A stretch of 56,323 bases of DNA, filler included, from Sphacelaria rigidula (Eukaryota), in the NCBI GenBank assembly GCA_964200075.2. It is 4 parts of 4 records of this genome, joined end to end, with 100 filler letters (N's around TTAATTAATTAA, not from the genome) between each part and the next. Parts side by side here need not be neighbours in the genome. Positions count along the whole stretch, not along the records: positions 14,108 to 28,113 come from CAXNAA020002517.1; positions 28,214 to 42,218 come from CAXNAA020002518.1; 2 more parts are not named here. The stretch is one strand, 5' to 3'. Of this stretch, positions 24,322 to 36,773 are shown in pieces. The notes below the pieces were generated by a model, which saw nothing but the letters and a program-made list of their open reading frames with translations, searched no databases and was not told the origin of the DNA. The position numbers were made by a program, and so were the translations under genes. The first letter of the stretch is position 1. Every line of letters starts with the position of its first letter.

Positions 24322-27300
24322 CTTCGATATGATCAGTGGGTTACAGCACGACCGTACAGCGGGCGACGTACGAGTATCGCCATGAAGACTTTCCTATGGC
24401 AAGTACGACCAACGTTCAACATGAATCTGTAAAAGGAGTTCGAGTTGGATGCGCCGATCGACGAATTTCTTCATCACAGAACGTGAAAGCTTTTCCGTCA
24501 AAACCCTGCGTGCCATCGAGCGGCGAGCTCGCATTTCGATTGTTCGACATCACAACAGCGTTCGTGCTGACTGTTGTTTTGTACCCCATGGACATCCTAA
24601 GGAAGGCTGTATCTTGACAGCTTCCGCCTTTCAAAGTATACGACGGTTGGCAAAATAAATGCAGGAATTGGCCAAGTTACGAGGTCAAAATATGCCCATC
24701 GACGATGCCACATCCCGTCGTCTACATAGGTACTATGCTCCATCCACTAAAACCCCCCGGTCAACGACGGGACCCACCCACATTTGCCAATTTCAAACCA
24801 CCATGCCTTCGCATGCCCTGCAGTGCACATCACCAGTCATCTAGGCTTCGCGCGTGGGTTCAGATCTCGTTCGTCACCCCCAAAAGATACAATGACATGC
24901 CACCACTGTTTGTTACATTATCAGAAAACCGACACAACCCCGTGTCCACCAAACGCAGCCGAAACCGACCTATCCCGGCACCATCATCCCGGCGCCTGAA
25001 GAGTAAAACGGCACCAACTACCAGACCAACACCCTAGTAAGGGTGCGTCTGCGAAAACTAGAAATTGTCAGTTGGTTATGCCTCGACGTGGAATTTGATT
25101 GGGGGGGGGAAGGGGTACTCAATTGTTGCTTGCCTTAGTCATTTGACTATTGACCGTGCATACCTTCCGAGACGGAGCACGTGGTGGACGGGGGGGGGGG
25201 GGTATCTTCGCTGCTGCAGCATTCGTGCATTGAAACGAACTCGCCCAAGGTTCTCATCGATGAAATAGACCACACTGAACTGTAGGAATTCTCATTGAAC
25301 GGAGCTAATATCGAGGTGATGTTCACAAGTGCTGTGCAAAAATGACGATATGTAATCATCGCCGCGCCGTCCAGCCTTCTCATGAAAGTTAGCGTAGCGA
25401 ACTACTAACCGGGAAACCAGCACGTAATCGCTGCCTACCCACCTCCTTGTCGAAGGGCTACCGCAGTCTCTCGCAACGTCTCGCGGTGCTCAAACTTCCC
25501 CTTTTGCAATGGTGCCGGTACGGTGTCGTACCATTCTCTCCAAACGCCCATGCACTCCTGTAGCACGCAACATGCACACACGCATAGTCACCCACGCGGG
25601 CGACTTGACAAATTATACACACCAACTGTACAAATTGTAGGCTACACACACTGTTGAGGGAACCGACAGCACGGTCTGTCCAGGGAGAGAAGATATCTTC
25701 TACCGTTGCTGCGGAACGGATGAGCCGACGGTAAATAGCCCCCAGTTGTAAAAACAACGTGATGTTTCACGCTACATTCACAGCGTCTGCAATCTACATG
25801 GTTTCGCATCAAGCTAGCACAACACCATCTACAAAAAACATCGTTCCAACTGGTATCGGCTCTCTCCGGTTCGAACGATCGCAGTTGTGACGGACTTGGT
25901 TCGAACTCTTCCGGTATTGGAAGTCGCAACAACCATATGGATCTCTGAGGGGATTCTGCTTATTCAATCCGTACGTGCTTTGCCCACGGTCGATCTTTCC
26001 ATCGGAAGGACGGTACTCTTGTGATTAGCGGTACACTCGTTTCACTCCATGGGCCAGCCAGTCAGTGCAAGAGGCTCACTATGGACCTGTCGGTGCACCA
26101 GACCTCTTCCCGGAACTCACAGACTAAGCTCTTCAATCGGTATCCCCGACTCAATAGCTTGGTAGCTTCTCTCTACACGCGAATTCCGCGCCCAGTTATA
26201 ACATGTACACAAGTGAGCTGATGTGCCCTACACATTTTCCCACAGTTCCAGCCAACGTGCTTTGAAGGCGGTACGGCATCACGGGGGCTACGCCGCTGCT
26301 TTTTGACACGCGCTGGTCTTGGGTAGCCGAGCGTTCAGTGAAACAAGAAAACGAATGACATGCCGTAAGTGGGAGGCCGCTTCGTCTCCTTGAGCCAGCG
26401 AAATCAGTATGAGAGGCTCATAACTTGCAATAATGTATATGTTCAGTACGCCCAGAACGCTCGGTGACACGCGAGGCTTTCCAAGAGCGCTTACACGAAC
26501 GGACATCCGACGGTTAAGTTGATATAACGATACTGCCGATCATACCAGCACTGAATTTACTCACGGACAAAAAGCGATCACTCTTGCGTGGGATATCGAG
26601 AAATTCCCTCACCCACCATGACAACATGATATTTCAACATGCACCCGACAGAATTTGGTCAGCCTTTTTCTCTGTCAAAAGTTCGATAAAAAAAAACAAA
26701 ATCGTGCCGCTGCCTCCTGTCGTCAGGGGCTTTGAAAACCTGCACTCACTCTTCGCTTCTTGGACGCACAACTCCTCCAAAAACGGTAGTATAAAAACAC
26801 GGATTGAGGCGGTCTCACCCGGCAGAGGCCAAACATAGACTCCGATTCCATAACCCACCTCTAACGTCCACGATGCCCCGGCCTGCGAGCCCTCTTCGAA
26901 GTCAGCGCATGCTGACCTCGCGGTGACCTCAAGACTCCCGTCTTGCTCGTGCCCTGTGGCCACCGAGCACAGATAGGTCAGGACCAAAGCCAATCTAGAT
27001 GGTACTCGCCGCCAGCGGTTTTCTGTGCAGATGAACTCCCCCCGTGTGTTCATCATCGCACAAACGTTGACCTTACGTGGGGCAGCGCGTAGGGATGGAT
27101 TGAGGGGGCGGATCACGTTGACAAAACGCCTGCACTTTTCAATAGTAGTACCCCGGCGGAAGCAAATGAGACCACCGAAGAGGTGAGCTCTGTCGATCAC
27201 CTCTCCATCTGTTGGCCTAACTCTTCAAACGTTCACGCAGGAGAGTTCTCCAGAAAACTGTAGATAAGGGCGGATTCGACATCATTGAGAAGCCGATCAT

Positions 27301-27442
27301 TGAGAAGCTGTAACACATCGCGGCTGCACCAGTGGTGACCCAAGGACGAGTCATGTGGTTGAGAACTACAGAAGAATGGCAGCTGCTCTGTCGTGCTTTA
27401 TTCGCGACTTGTACTCCGCACACAAGAAAAAAGAGTCCATAA

Positions 27443-27990
27443 GGGTCCTTCTTAACGAAGTGGATTATCACCTGTTTCAAAATCCCGTTTCGGTAAAACG
27501 ACCGCTGATTGGTCGCTGCGATATCACCCCCCCAAAACAATCCCCTCAGCGTGCACAGAAATCCCCTTTGTCGAGGAGATTTTAGCAAGTGCAAAAACAC
27601 TTGCCTGAAATCCCCTTTTGAAAAGGGGATTTCTGTGCACCTCGAAGGGGAACATATATGTCCCGTTGACGGGGGCACATGCAAAGGCATACCGCACCAC
27701 CCAACACAATCAGAGCTGAACCTGAGGAACTTGGTGGCCCCGCAACCCAAAAAGACACTGATCGAGCCGTAACTGCTCATCAGCTATGCACGTTATGCGT
27801 GACCTTGCTGAAATATGTTCAATATTCATTGAGAAATTACGATTAGTACGAAATGCGCGCACAGCACACGCTTACAAAACGGTCAGCAACGACACGTTTT
27901 CGGCTGTTTTTTGACACGCACACGGCCACCATTCGTCCAGTACAAAACGGATTTCCGTCAAACGAAGACTGCCGTGGGTAGATTAGCAAC
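27443..27990 (+). mobile_element. Second copy (5' part) of the PIF/Harbinger-type MITE at 54783-55531
   Basis: Starts TAA|GGGTCCTTCTTAA and has long stretches matching 54783-55230 (e.g. CAGAGCTGAACCTGAGGAACTTGGTGGCCCCGCAA). Confidence 0.85.
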
Positions 27991-28113
27991 AGCGTTTTTC
28001 GTGTTGTCGTGTGTGTGTGTTGTCGTCCCATTTATTCGGGGCACCAGTCTACACCTTACGGTATATGTGGGCGCATCAGCCGGGGTCCCACAGGAGGGAG
28101 GTCCAGACAGGTG

Positions 28114-28213
28114 NNNNNNNNNNNNNNNNNNNNNNNNNNNNNNNNNNNNNNNNNNNNTTAATTAATTAANNNNNNNNNNNNNNNNNNNNNNNNNNNNNNN
28201 NNNNNNNNNNNNN
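28114..28213. other. Artificial contig spacer
   Basis: N44-TTAATTAATTAA-N44. Confidence 0.99.
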
Positions 28214-29863
28214 AGGCGCTGTATGGCCATTTTTTTCGTGACACGTTTAGCTGGTTTTTGGGGGGGCTATCGTAGAAAGTATCTGAGAAGGATGGCGGTT
28301 AACCCTTGGACAGCGAGAGTAGGTCATCTGTTGAATGGGGATCAATTTCACTTGGAAAAGGTACGCATGATTTAGATAGACTACCCTCGCGGTCTAAGGG
28401 TTGAGTGAACGATACGCAGTGGTGTGGAATGTCTGCGTCTATGCCGAAAACGCATTGTGACCTGGCTACAGTGAACATCTAGTGAATCACGAATCACGCA
28501 TGTTACCAAACTCGGCAGCCAATTTGTCGTGAACGGTAAGTGCCAGGTTGAAACGAGACATGAGGCATTTACCCTATCCCCTGGGGAAGGGGGCAGGCAT
28601 TGATAGTCGGAATGTTTATTGTCATGTAAATTGGAGTAACCTCAACCTGGTTCTCACTGCCAGGATAGCTCAAGGCTGTGGGGTGTTTACTCCGATTTTG
28701 AATAGACCAGACCCAACTGTGTATTTTTGTTAGTTCACGACTTTAAATACATGGAAGGATCGTATCCAAGTGCACTCCTGCACCGACTATAACGTTGTCT
28801 TTTCTTCCGCAGTGTTGGTTCAACTATCCCCGGGGCTAGGCTGACCATGATATGGTTCTCTCTTCCGCAATAGTGGTTCAACGATTCCCGGGGTTGCAGA
28901 TTATCAACCATCAGTCATTGATAACTTAAGTTTTCCACCCATGGCTGCGATGATCATCTCAACACTGCCACGATTGGGCAGCTACTGAGAGTGTTGCAAG
29001 CCAAGAGACCTGCACGGGGCTACCCGACGGACACTACACCGACTCTCGTTGTCTGTCTACTCTGCACGCACCGGCAACCAACTACAAAAGTTGATCGTCT
29101 ATCCGTGCATGTTATGATCACCATCGGGACAGGGCTGCGTTCCTCTGGGGAGGGCTTCTGGTCTTGAGGGTCTGCGGGCTCCACGCATTCTTTTGCCGAA
29201 ATATATATCGAGAAGAAATCGAGAGGGCGGTTGGCTGGTACTGAACGACGAGAGTAATAATTGTGGACATTATGCACTTTGCTAGCGGGTAAGCCTGACA
29301 ACGTGTGAATGAATTGGGAAATTCGCGTGAGTCCGTAGTATGCGTGCATAATACAATAGGCTCATAAAACAAGCAGGCGGTAAATCACTACATACTGAAA
29401 ACGAAGGAGGACGAAGGCCCAACATAGCAAGACCGTGCTCGTCCGAACAGGTTTATGGGAGCCATATTTCCCGCGCGTGCCCTTACAGGTTGGCAGGAAG
29501 CCGAGGCCTACGGGAATATTCCTCATTATTCCCCACAGAGGAAAACCTGGGCCGAAATGCTCACATGAACCTGTCTTGCTCGATCAAATCCCTGTTCTCC
29601 CCCTGTTTACCTTCCCTATCTGGTGTCCACTTTCGTATCATGATGGAAAAGTGACGCTGTCCGTTATATCCCATCGTGTCCCTTTACCGTTGATGAGTTG
29701 AGAATGTTTTCAACTCCACTTCACTCAATGCGCCCACGAAGGAGGTGATGTACTGTGTTCATATTATGAAGTACGTTTAACTGGTGTTATTATACCCATG
29801 TGGCATATGTGTGCAGGTTATCGTTCCAAGTACCGCATAGCCAACTCGAAAATCGGCGAAAGG

Positions 29864-32096
29864 ATGAGCGGAAACCCGTTGAACCCGCAAGCCCAACCCT
29901 TCTACCCATCCGGGTCAAGTCAACAGCCTCCAGTGCAAGCCTTCCAGCAGCAACAACCTTTCGCCCCTGTTCAGCAACAGGAGGCTGTCGCACCCCCCCA
30001 ACAACCGTTTGTTGGACCTGTTCAACAACAGCAGGCTGCCGCACCCCGTCCGCAACAGTTTATTGGACCCGTCCAGCAACAGCAGGCTGCTGCACCCTCT
30101 CCGTAGCAGGTTGTTGGACCTCTTCCGCAGCAACAGGTAGCCGCGCATCCTCATCAGCAGATTGTTGCACCCTTCCTGTCGCAACAGGCGGCGGCGCCGC
30201 AGCAGCAACAGCAGATTCAGCAGCAACAGCGAAGGCACTTCGGCCCGATGTCTCAGGATGTCTCCTCGTCTGTTCCTTCGCTTCTTCAGCCGGCAATTCC
30301 AGTCTCTGTGACTCAGGGGGCTCCTCAAGCACCGGCCGCTGGAAATTTCACTCGTTCCCAGCTGCCAGCTCCACCGCCGTTGCCCCCGCAGCGCTGCTCT
30401 CGGTTTATGGTCGCGCCAGATCCGGTCGGTCTCTACTGCAGTCCGTTCTACGGATCCCTCAATCCCTCTGGTGTACCCCTGCAGCCCAATCCAGGTTGGG
30501 CGGGTTGGCTCCGTATGGGGCCACGTGCCCTCGTATTCCCGGACCATTTGCTCACCCGTTTGATCACAACTGGTCGGCGGTACTGAAACACCAGCAATCG
30601 GTGTCCCGTCAAGCAAACACTTTAGCCAAGCTGCTCGGTTCCAAGGGACGGTCTGTAGACCATTCTGCAGAACTGATTTATCACAACTCCGCAGTCCTGT
30701 TCTCGAACCATTTCTGAACCACGCTAGCGGCGTATAAAGGGGGAAATTGGAGGGTGCCCACTGACGCACACATGACAAGCAAGCCGCTGAAACCACAAGC
30801 GGATCAGTATACAGGTAGGCGTAGGGACCTCCTGATGCGCGTTATGCTGCCCACTCCAGCGACGTACATGGAGATAACAAGTTTGGAGAGAAGCTCAGCT
30901 TTCGGTACCTGCTCGGTACCTGGCGTAGTGGGAGATATCATACGCGTACCGTTTGGGGACGTAACTGCTCTGGAGTGGCTTAGGAAGCTAGTAGCAAAAA
31001 AAGCGAGAATGGGCACAAGTCATGCACAAGCTGCTTACAAAACATGAAACTACTGAAGAATGAGAGCTACGTAGCGGCCGCTCACCGTTTGATACTGTTG
31101 ACCATGGCGGCCACGACTTCTCCAGCTTCTCCACACCTCGCAAAGGAGGAATATTTCTGGAGGACGGTCTCAGAACGTTTAGTCTTGCGGATGTGTCGTA
31201 TCTTCCATAAGTTAGTAATTCCGGACCCGGCTGCACAGTTCGTATCGCATACGTTACTGCAAGTACCCAACAAAGCCATAAAGGACGACGTCCGCTCATT
31301 ACCCGTTCACCACGGAAACCCGTGCAGCCCAGGCATGAAGAAGCGAGGGCGCATCAATATTGTAAATATAGTGAATTTGTATCGGCCATTCAACGCAACT
31401 GTGAGTTTGCTAAAACGATTGCAGATGCGATGAGTAACATTACTGCAGCCCTAGCACGCCCCGCGCACAAGCCCATATCCGCGGGGTTGGTAGAGACTGG
31501 GAAGCGACTAATGCGAGAAGCAGAGAAAGAGGCCCAAGAACAAGACTTCGACTCAGTTGCTGCCTTCAGCAACCAAAAGGCATCAACACCACGCGGCGGC
31601 ACGCCTTTCGGAGCATCCTCATCTACTCGTGGAGCGCGGAAGCGTCAGCGGGAAGAGTCAGCTCAGGACACCAAGCGTGTCAAGTTCGACACGCGAGGAG
31701 AAGCACCGGCGGCCAGATTCCTTCCTGCCCGCAATGCGCCCAAGGGGGAGCGTGACGTCGCCATGCGTTTACTGACTGGAAGTGTGCTTCAACCACCCAT
31801 ATGGACGAGATTGCAGCAGAAAGGACGCAGAGGGCGGCTGCAAATACTCTCATGACCAAAATCACATTCCCTTCGGTTATTACAAGCAACCGGAGCAGAC
31901 CCAAGCAAAGCCCAAGACAAAACGAAATGGACTGATGAGCCTACAAGTGGGGGAGTTGTTCGGGTTGACCGACAGCCAGGACGAAGATCGGGGGTTCGAC
32001 CACCGGTTGGACAGACCGGAAAGCGGCGACGAGGAGGAGGGAGTCGAGGCGGTTGATACACTGAGCAACCGTTTCGACGCCACAGGCGAGGAATGA
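29864..32096 (+). pseudogene. gag: gag-like ORF1 (Gln/Pro-rich N-terminus, CCCH-type zinc finger near the C-terminus), disrupted
   Basis: Lies upstream of the protease. MSGNPLNPQAQPFYP...(PQQFVGPVQQQQAAAP)n is followed by CFNHPYGRDCSRKDAEGGCKYSH at ~31785-31853. No capsid motif was recognised by eye. Confidence 0.6.
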
Positions 32097-32189
32097 AGGT
32101 GCGCCCTGGGGCCGCAGCCCCCGGGGGACAGCGTAAACGTGGATAGTTTAGCAGCAGTGAAGGGTAGTGATGCACAGCAACTGTGGGTG

Positions 32190-32600
32190 CAAGCTAGAGT
32201 CTGGTACCACAGTAAAATGAGCTACGGTTTACCAGTAACGGCGTTACTGGACACCGGGGCGGGAGGGGGGTAGCTATGCATCAAAGCAGTGGTGGAAGTC
32301 GTTGGCGACTTGGGGTAACATGACCGGCAAGCTGCAGCGACAGGGAGCAGGATTTCTGAGGGCAGCAAACCCTATTGACAGCCGGACGTCACCGATGAAG
32401 ATTCTAGGGTCAACGGTAATCCCGATTCGGTTCCACCCAAAGAACAGAATAGGGAAAGTATGGGTAAGGGTGATCGATGGATTGCCGTACGATCTTAGTT
32501 CGGGGGCAAGTTTATTTAAAAGGAACAAGAGTACACTGTCTGTTGAAGGTCGATCAGGATTTCGACCTTCGCCGGAGGCCCCGTGGGTAAGATACGTGTC
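32190..32600 (+). pseudogene. pol: Retropepsin-like aspartic protease
   Basis: LPVTALLDTGAGGGSYAS at ~32228-32283. Confidence 0.85.
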
Positions 32601-33436
32601 TAATGATTCACCAAAACTCGGAGCTGTTGACACCGATCACCTCACCGGCCAAGGAGATTCGGCAAGGTGGGATCTCTTCTGTGCTGTCAAGCCAGGCGTG
32701 CTCAGTGACGCCCCGACGGGGGTGTTGTCGGGAGAGGGCGATCTGGCAGCATGGGATGAGGTGTGGAAGAGCCTTGGAGCGGCGTGGGTGGACGACGCTA
32801 CACTTCAGTGGCTTCTGCGGCTGACGGAGGACGCATGCTTAGAAGGCTTCGTTAGCGAGCTAGTTCCAGGCTACGTGCGAGGTCCTCAACCGCAGGAACG
32901 TCAACTCGTGCTGATCGAACCTCGAAAGTTGTTGGATTTAGATGAGGAGGCCGAGATAGGGGTAGCCAGGGGAGTGCAGTGGTGGGACCCACAGTTGCCG
33001 TTAGTATGTAAGGTGGTCAACACGGCCAAGAGTGCTCGCCTAGTGAAAACAGGTACGGTAGTGGCGAAGGTTGTGGCCGTGAATGTTCGAGATCGCGAGC
33101 GGTTGTAAAATCTGTGCGTGTCCGACACGGGCACTACGCTGAAATCGAGACTGGACGATCGAGGGACTACGCCAGCCCCTCCCCAACCGCCGCCGGAACC
33201 AACAACTGAGGCCACAGAAGTAGATCTCACGAAGGCGAACATGGGCCAGTTGGATCCGGCGCAGAAGACCTTGCTGTTATCTGTGTTGAGAGACTTCAAC
33301 GGAGAAGATCTGTTCGCGGTGGACCCCAAGCGGGTGAAAGCCGCGCGTGGGGAACCATTGCATCTACGACTGAAAGTCCCCGGTGCCGGCCATTCGCTGC
33401 TGGTACTAGGCGATACTCGCCGGAACAAGAAATAGC

Positions 33437-34655
33437 TATACAAGACAAGGTCCAGAAACTCGGGGAGCGGGGGATCATTGAGCAATCGACGTCCGCATGG
33501 GCAGCTGCTTGCGTCACGATGCGGAAGAAGAACGGTAGTTTACGATTGTGTCAGGAATATCGTGGACTAAACGAACTTCTCGAGTCGTATAGCGGTGGTT
33601 TGGGGGGTATGCAGACCATGTGTAGTGGCCTAGCGGGATCCAAGTACTTTACAAGTGTGGATTTAGCGAGTGGGGTTTTTCAGTTGGAAGTGGCGAAAGA
33701 GGACCGACACCTCACCGCCTTTCGCGATGCGAGGGGGCACTTATGGCAATATCAACGTTGTGGATTCGGACTCAAGGTACTACCAGCGACATTACACCGA
33801 ACAGTATCCGAAGCGTTGTTGTCGTTGCGGGGTGTCAAGAACTGGTTGGATGATATCTTGTGGCCTAGTGCGACTTTCGCCAGCCACATAACGGGGTTGA
33901 GAGTTGTGCTCTATTGCCTGCTGAAGGCTGGCCTCACTGTGAATTTCCAGAAATCACAATGGTGCACCCAGCAACAGGACTTTGTAGGGATGACGATCGA
34001 CGCGTCGGGAATACGACCTTCCCAGTCTAAGATTGAAGCTATCGCTCAATTGAGGGAGCCACAGAGGGTAAAAGAGCTGAGGTCGTTCCTGGGTATGACT
34101 GGATATCTGCGGAGGTATATAAAGGGGTACAGTAACACGGCAGCACCGCTCACAGACTTGCTGCGAGACCCGCGATTCGCTTTCAAGCGAGCGCGGAGGA
34201 TGAAGATTCCGTTGGGGGAACAGCAGCGACTAGACTTGAAGAGCGCTCTGATGTCATATCCGATCTTGGCGTACCCGAATTTGAATGGACGGTTCATGCT
34301 ACACTCAGACGCTTCCGAGTTCGCAGCAGGGGGCGCCCTGTTCCAGGAGGCGGATGAGAGGGAGTGGGTCATCGAATACGCTAGTCATAGATGGTCGCGG
34401 GCAGATGAAGAAAGATCAGCATCAGAAAGAGAAGTAGTCGCTGTTTTGTGGTCCGTGGAACGATTCAAATCGTACCTATGGGGGCGAGAGTTCACGCTGG
34501 TGACGGATTGCAGTGCGTTGATATGGCTGTTTTGTAGTCAAAACCTGTCTCGTAAGTTCCGCCGGTTGGCGCTGAGATTGATGGAGTATGATATGGTCCT
34601 CAAGTGGAAAGCTGGACGCGAACACCGGTTGCCGGACGCCCTGTCTCGGCTGCAA
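33437..34655 (+). pseudogene. pol: Reverse transcriptase + RNase H (Ty3/gypsy)
   Basis: GIIEQSTSAWA...KKNGSLRLC, FTSVDLASG, GFGLK and WLDDIL for RT. SDASEFAAGG, SEREVVAV, VTDCSAL and PDALSR for RNase H. Confidence 0.95.
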
Positions 34656-35429
34656 GGGAGCCAACTCAGGGAAGTGACATTGAGGTGTCATTCCCTGACG
34701 ATGATACCGAAGCTGGACCAGGCGGAGGAGGAGGACCGCAAGGACCCAAACTGGACGGGATGTTACTGACGGAACTGGAGGCTGAGTATCCGGAAGAATC
34801 ACTGCGCGCATGGAGGCAGCGAGTGAAAGCGTATGCTGTTACCTGCCCCCCGTTGGGTCAGCTCCTGGGGCGGACTGACACCTATTTCTTGGAGCCGACG
34901 GGGCAAGGCAAGGCTATTCATAGTTTCGGGGATCCGATGCCGAGGTTAACTCGTCCTCGGCTGATGAGAGGGAAACCTCGGCGCGAGGAATTCACACCCC
35001 ACAGGGCAGACGCAGGGGTATGGAAGGAAGCAGTAGAGCTGGAAAGAGTCGACTTCGTCAGAGTCGCGACCACCCTCGACCACTACGAGACCCCACCAAC
35101 GGTGAACCCCGACGCTATACTAGATATTGTGGCTTGTTTCGCTCATCCGTGAATGATGGGGGCGGTCTTATCAAGCTTGGAAGCAGAAGGTTTGTTGAGC
35201 TTGACTCGGATTCGCAGTGAGGACGTAGGTTTAAGTGCCTAGTGGCGATATGGCCGCATAAGGATGAGTTGCCAGAAACTTGGGGAGCCGCCGTAGCTCG
35301 CTCGTCGGTTCCCGAAGCGGAACGTAAGTCGGACCAGGACTCTGTTGGGGGCGAGGCCTCAGCTGAGGAGCCAGTACCAGGTAAAGGTAACCCTAAAACC
35401 GTTCTCGAACAAACGCGAGCGATCCTGAT

Positions 35430-36700
35430 GAACAAACCACAACTCGTCTTATTACAAGAGCGGGACTCCCGTCTGGGACCCATCAAGGAGAGGTTAAGAA
35501 AGGAGCCTAAGGATGAAGGAGCTGGCAAGAGGCGGGATGCGTACGTGCTAGATGAGAATAAACATTTATGGTACACCTCCCCTAAGGAGCCAGCCAAGTT
35601 GGTTATCCCACGCTGCGTAGTGCCAGGGCTGCTGGCGTGGGTGACACTACGCACGGGTACGCCGGAGTAATGAGGACGACTGCAGTAATCAACGCACAGT
35701 ACGAACGGCCTGGTCTTTTCGCCGATACTTGCAAATACGTGTTGTCTTGTGGATATCGTCGAGGTAAGCGTACCAACAGTCACACCCTAGCGATGTGGCC
35801 TGCCCGATTTCTGCGGGCATGGGAGTTGTTAGAGGTGGACATATCGGACATGAAGCAGGTTTCCGCCTCGGGCAACAGGTACTTGTTGATCATCGTGGAC
35901 CGAGCAACCACGTTTCTCTTTAGCTTCCCCATTGGCTGCCAGACTCACGGTACCTGTGGCGAAATGTTTGCTGAAGCTCTTCTTGACGTTTGGGGTACCC
36001 TACTTTTTGAGGAGTGACGCCGGGGGGAAGTTCACGTCGGAGGTAGGGAACCGAATATGCCAGTGGATGAAGGTGAAGCTGGATCATGGTCTGGCAGAGC
36101 ACCCTCGCGGTCAGGGCGCGGTAGAGAGGTACGGAGGATGGTTGCACGACGTTTTGGTCGAGCTTTGTAAGCAATGCCCAAAAAGGTTCGATGAGTACGT
36201 AGAGCCCGCTGTGTGGATTCACCGTACTACTCCCGATCTTTCATTGCCTAATAACCCAACTCCATTCAAGCTGCTTTTTGGGCGTGAGCCACGCACCCCA
36301 ATAGACGCTGTGTCACCTGAAGCGGAGTCTCCACCATTGAACAACACGGTGGAACAACAGCGCCAAACCCTGAAGAAGGCTCACGAGCTGTTGACCCAAT
36401 GCCTCAAGCGGAGGGAAGAGGTAAGATCCGCTAGAAATGCCGAGCTGCGTCGCCAGTCGGCGGTGTCGCGAGCTCAGGTAGGGGATCTGATGTTAGTGAA
36501 GGAGTCCGACAGCTTCCTTGTACACGAAGCTGCCGACTAGTGCACGACTTGTGGACGGGACCATGGACGGTGCAGCAAGTGGTGATACCCGGTCTCAGCC
36601 TTAAGGTCAGTATACAGGGACGCAAAGTACGAGAACGGACGGTGTCGGCAGCCAATGTGAAGAAATTTGATGTGCGCCCTGAACACCTGCAACATCCGTT
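35430..36700 (+). pseudogene. pol: Integrase (zinc-binding region + DDE core), frameshifted
   Basis: HGYAGVMRT, WELLEVDISDM...GNRYLLIIVDRAT, FGVPYFLRSDAG, GAVER, TPFKLLFGREP and WTGPWTV (GPY/F-like). Confidence 0.92.
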
Positions 36701-36773
36701 TCCGGACGAGTACTCTCAGTTACCATGGGGGGCTGATTTGGGGTCGGCGGAGGAGATCGCGTTCGTCCCGCAA

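Noticed and set aside
29800..30796. 305-aa (+) and 293-aa (-) ORFs overlapping gag
   Set aside because: Shadow frames of the Gln/Pro-rich repeat region.
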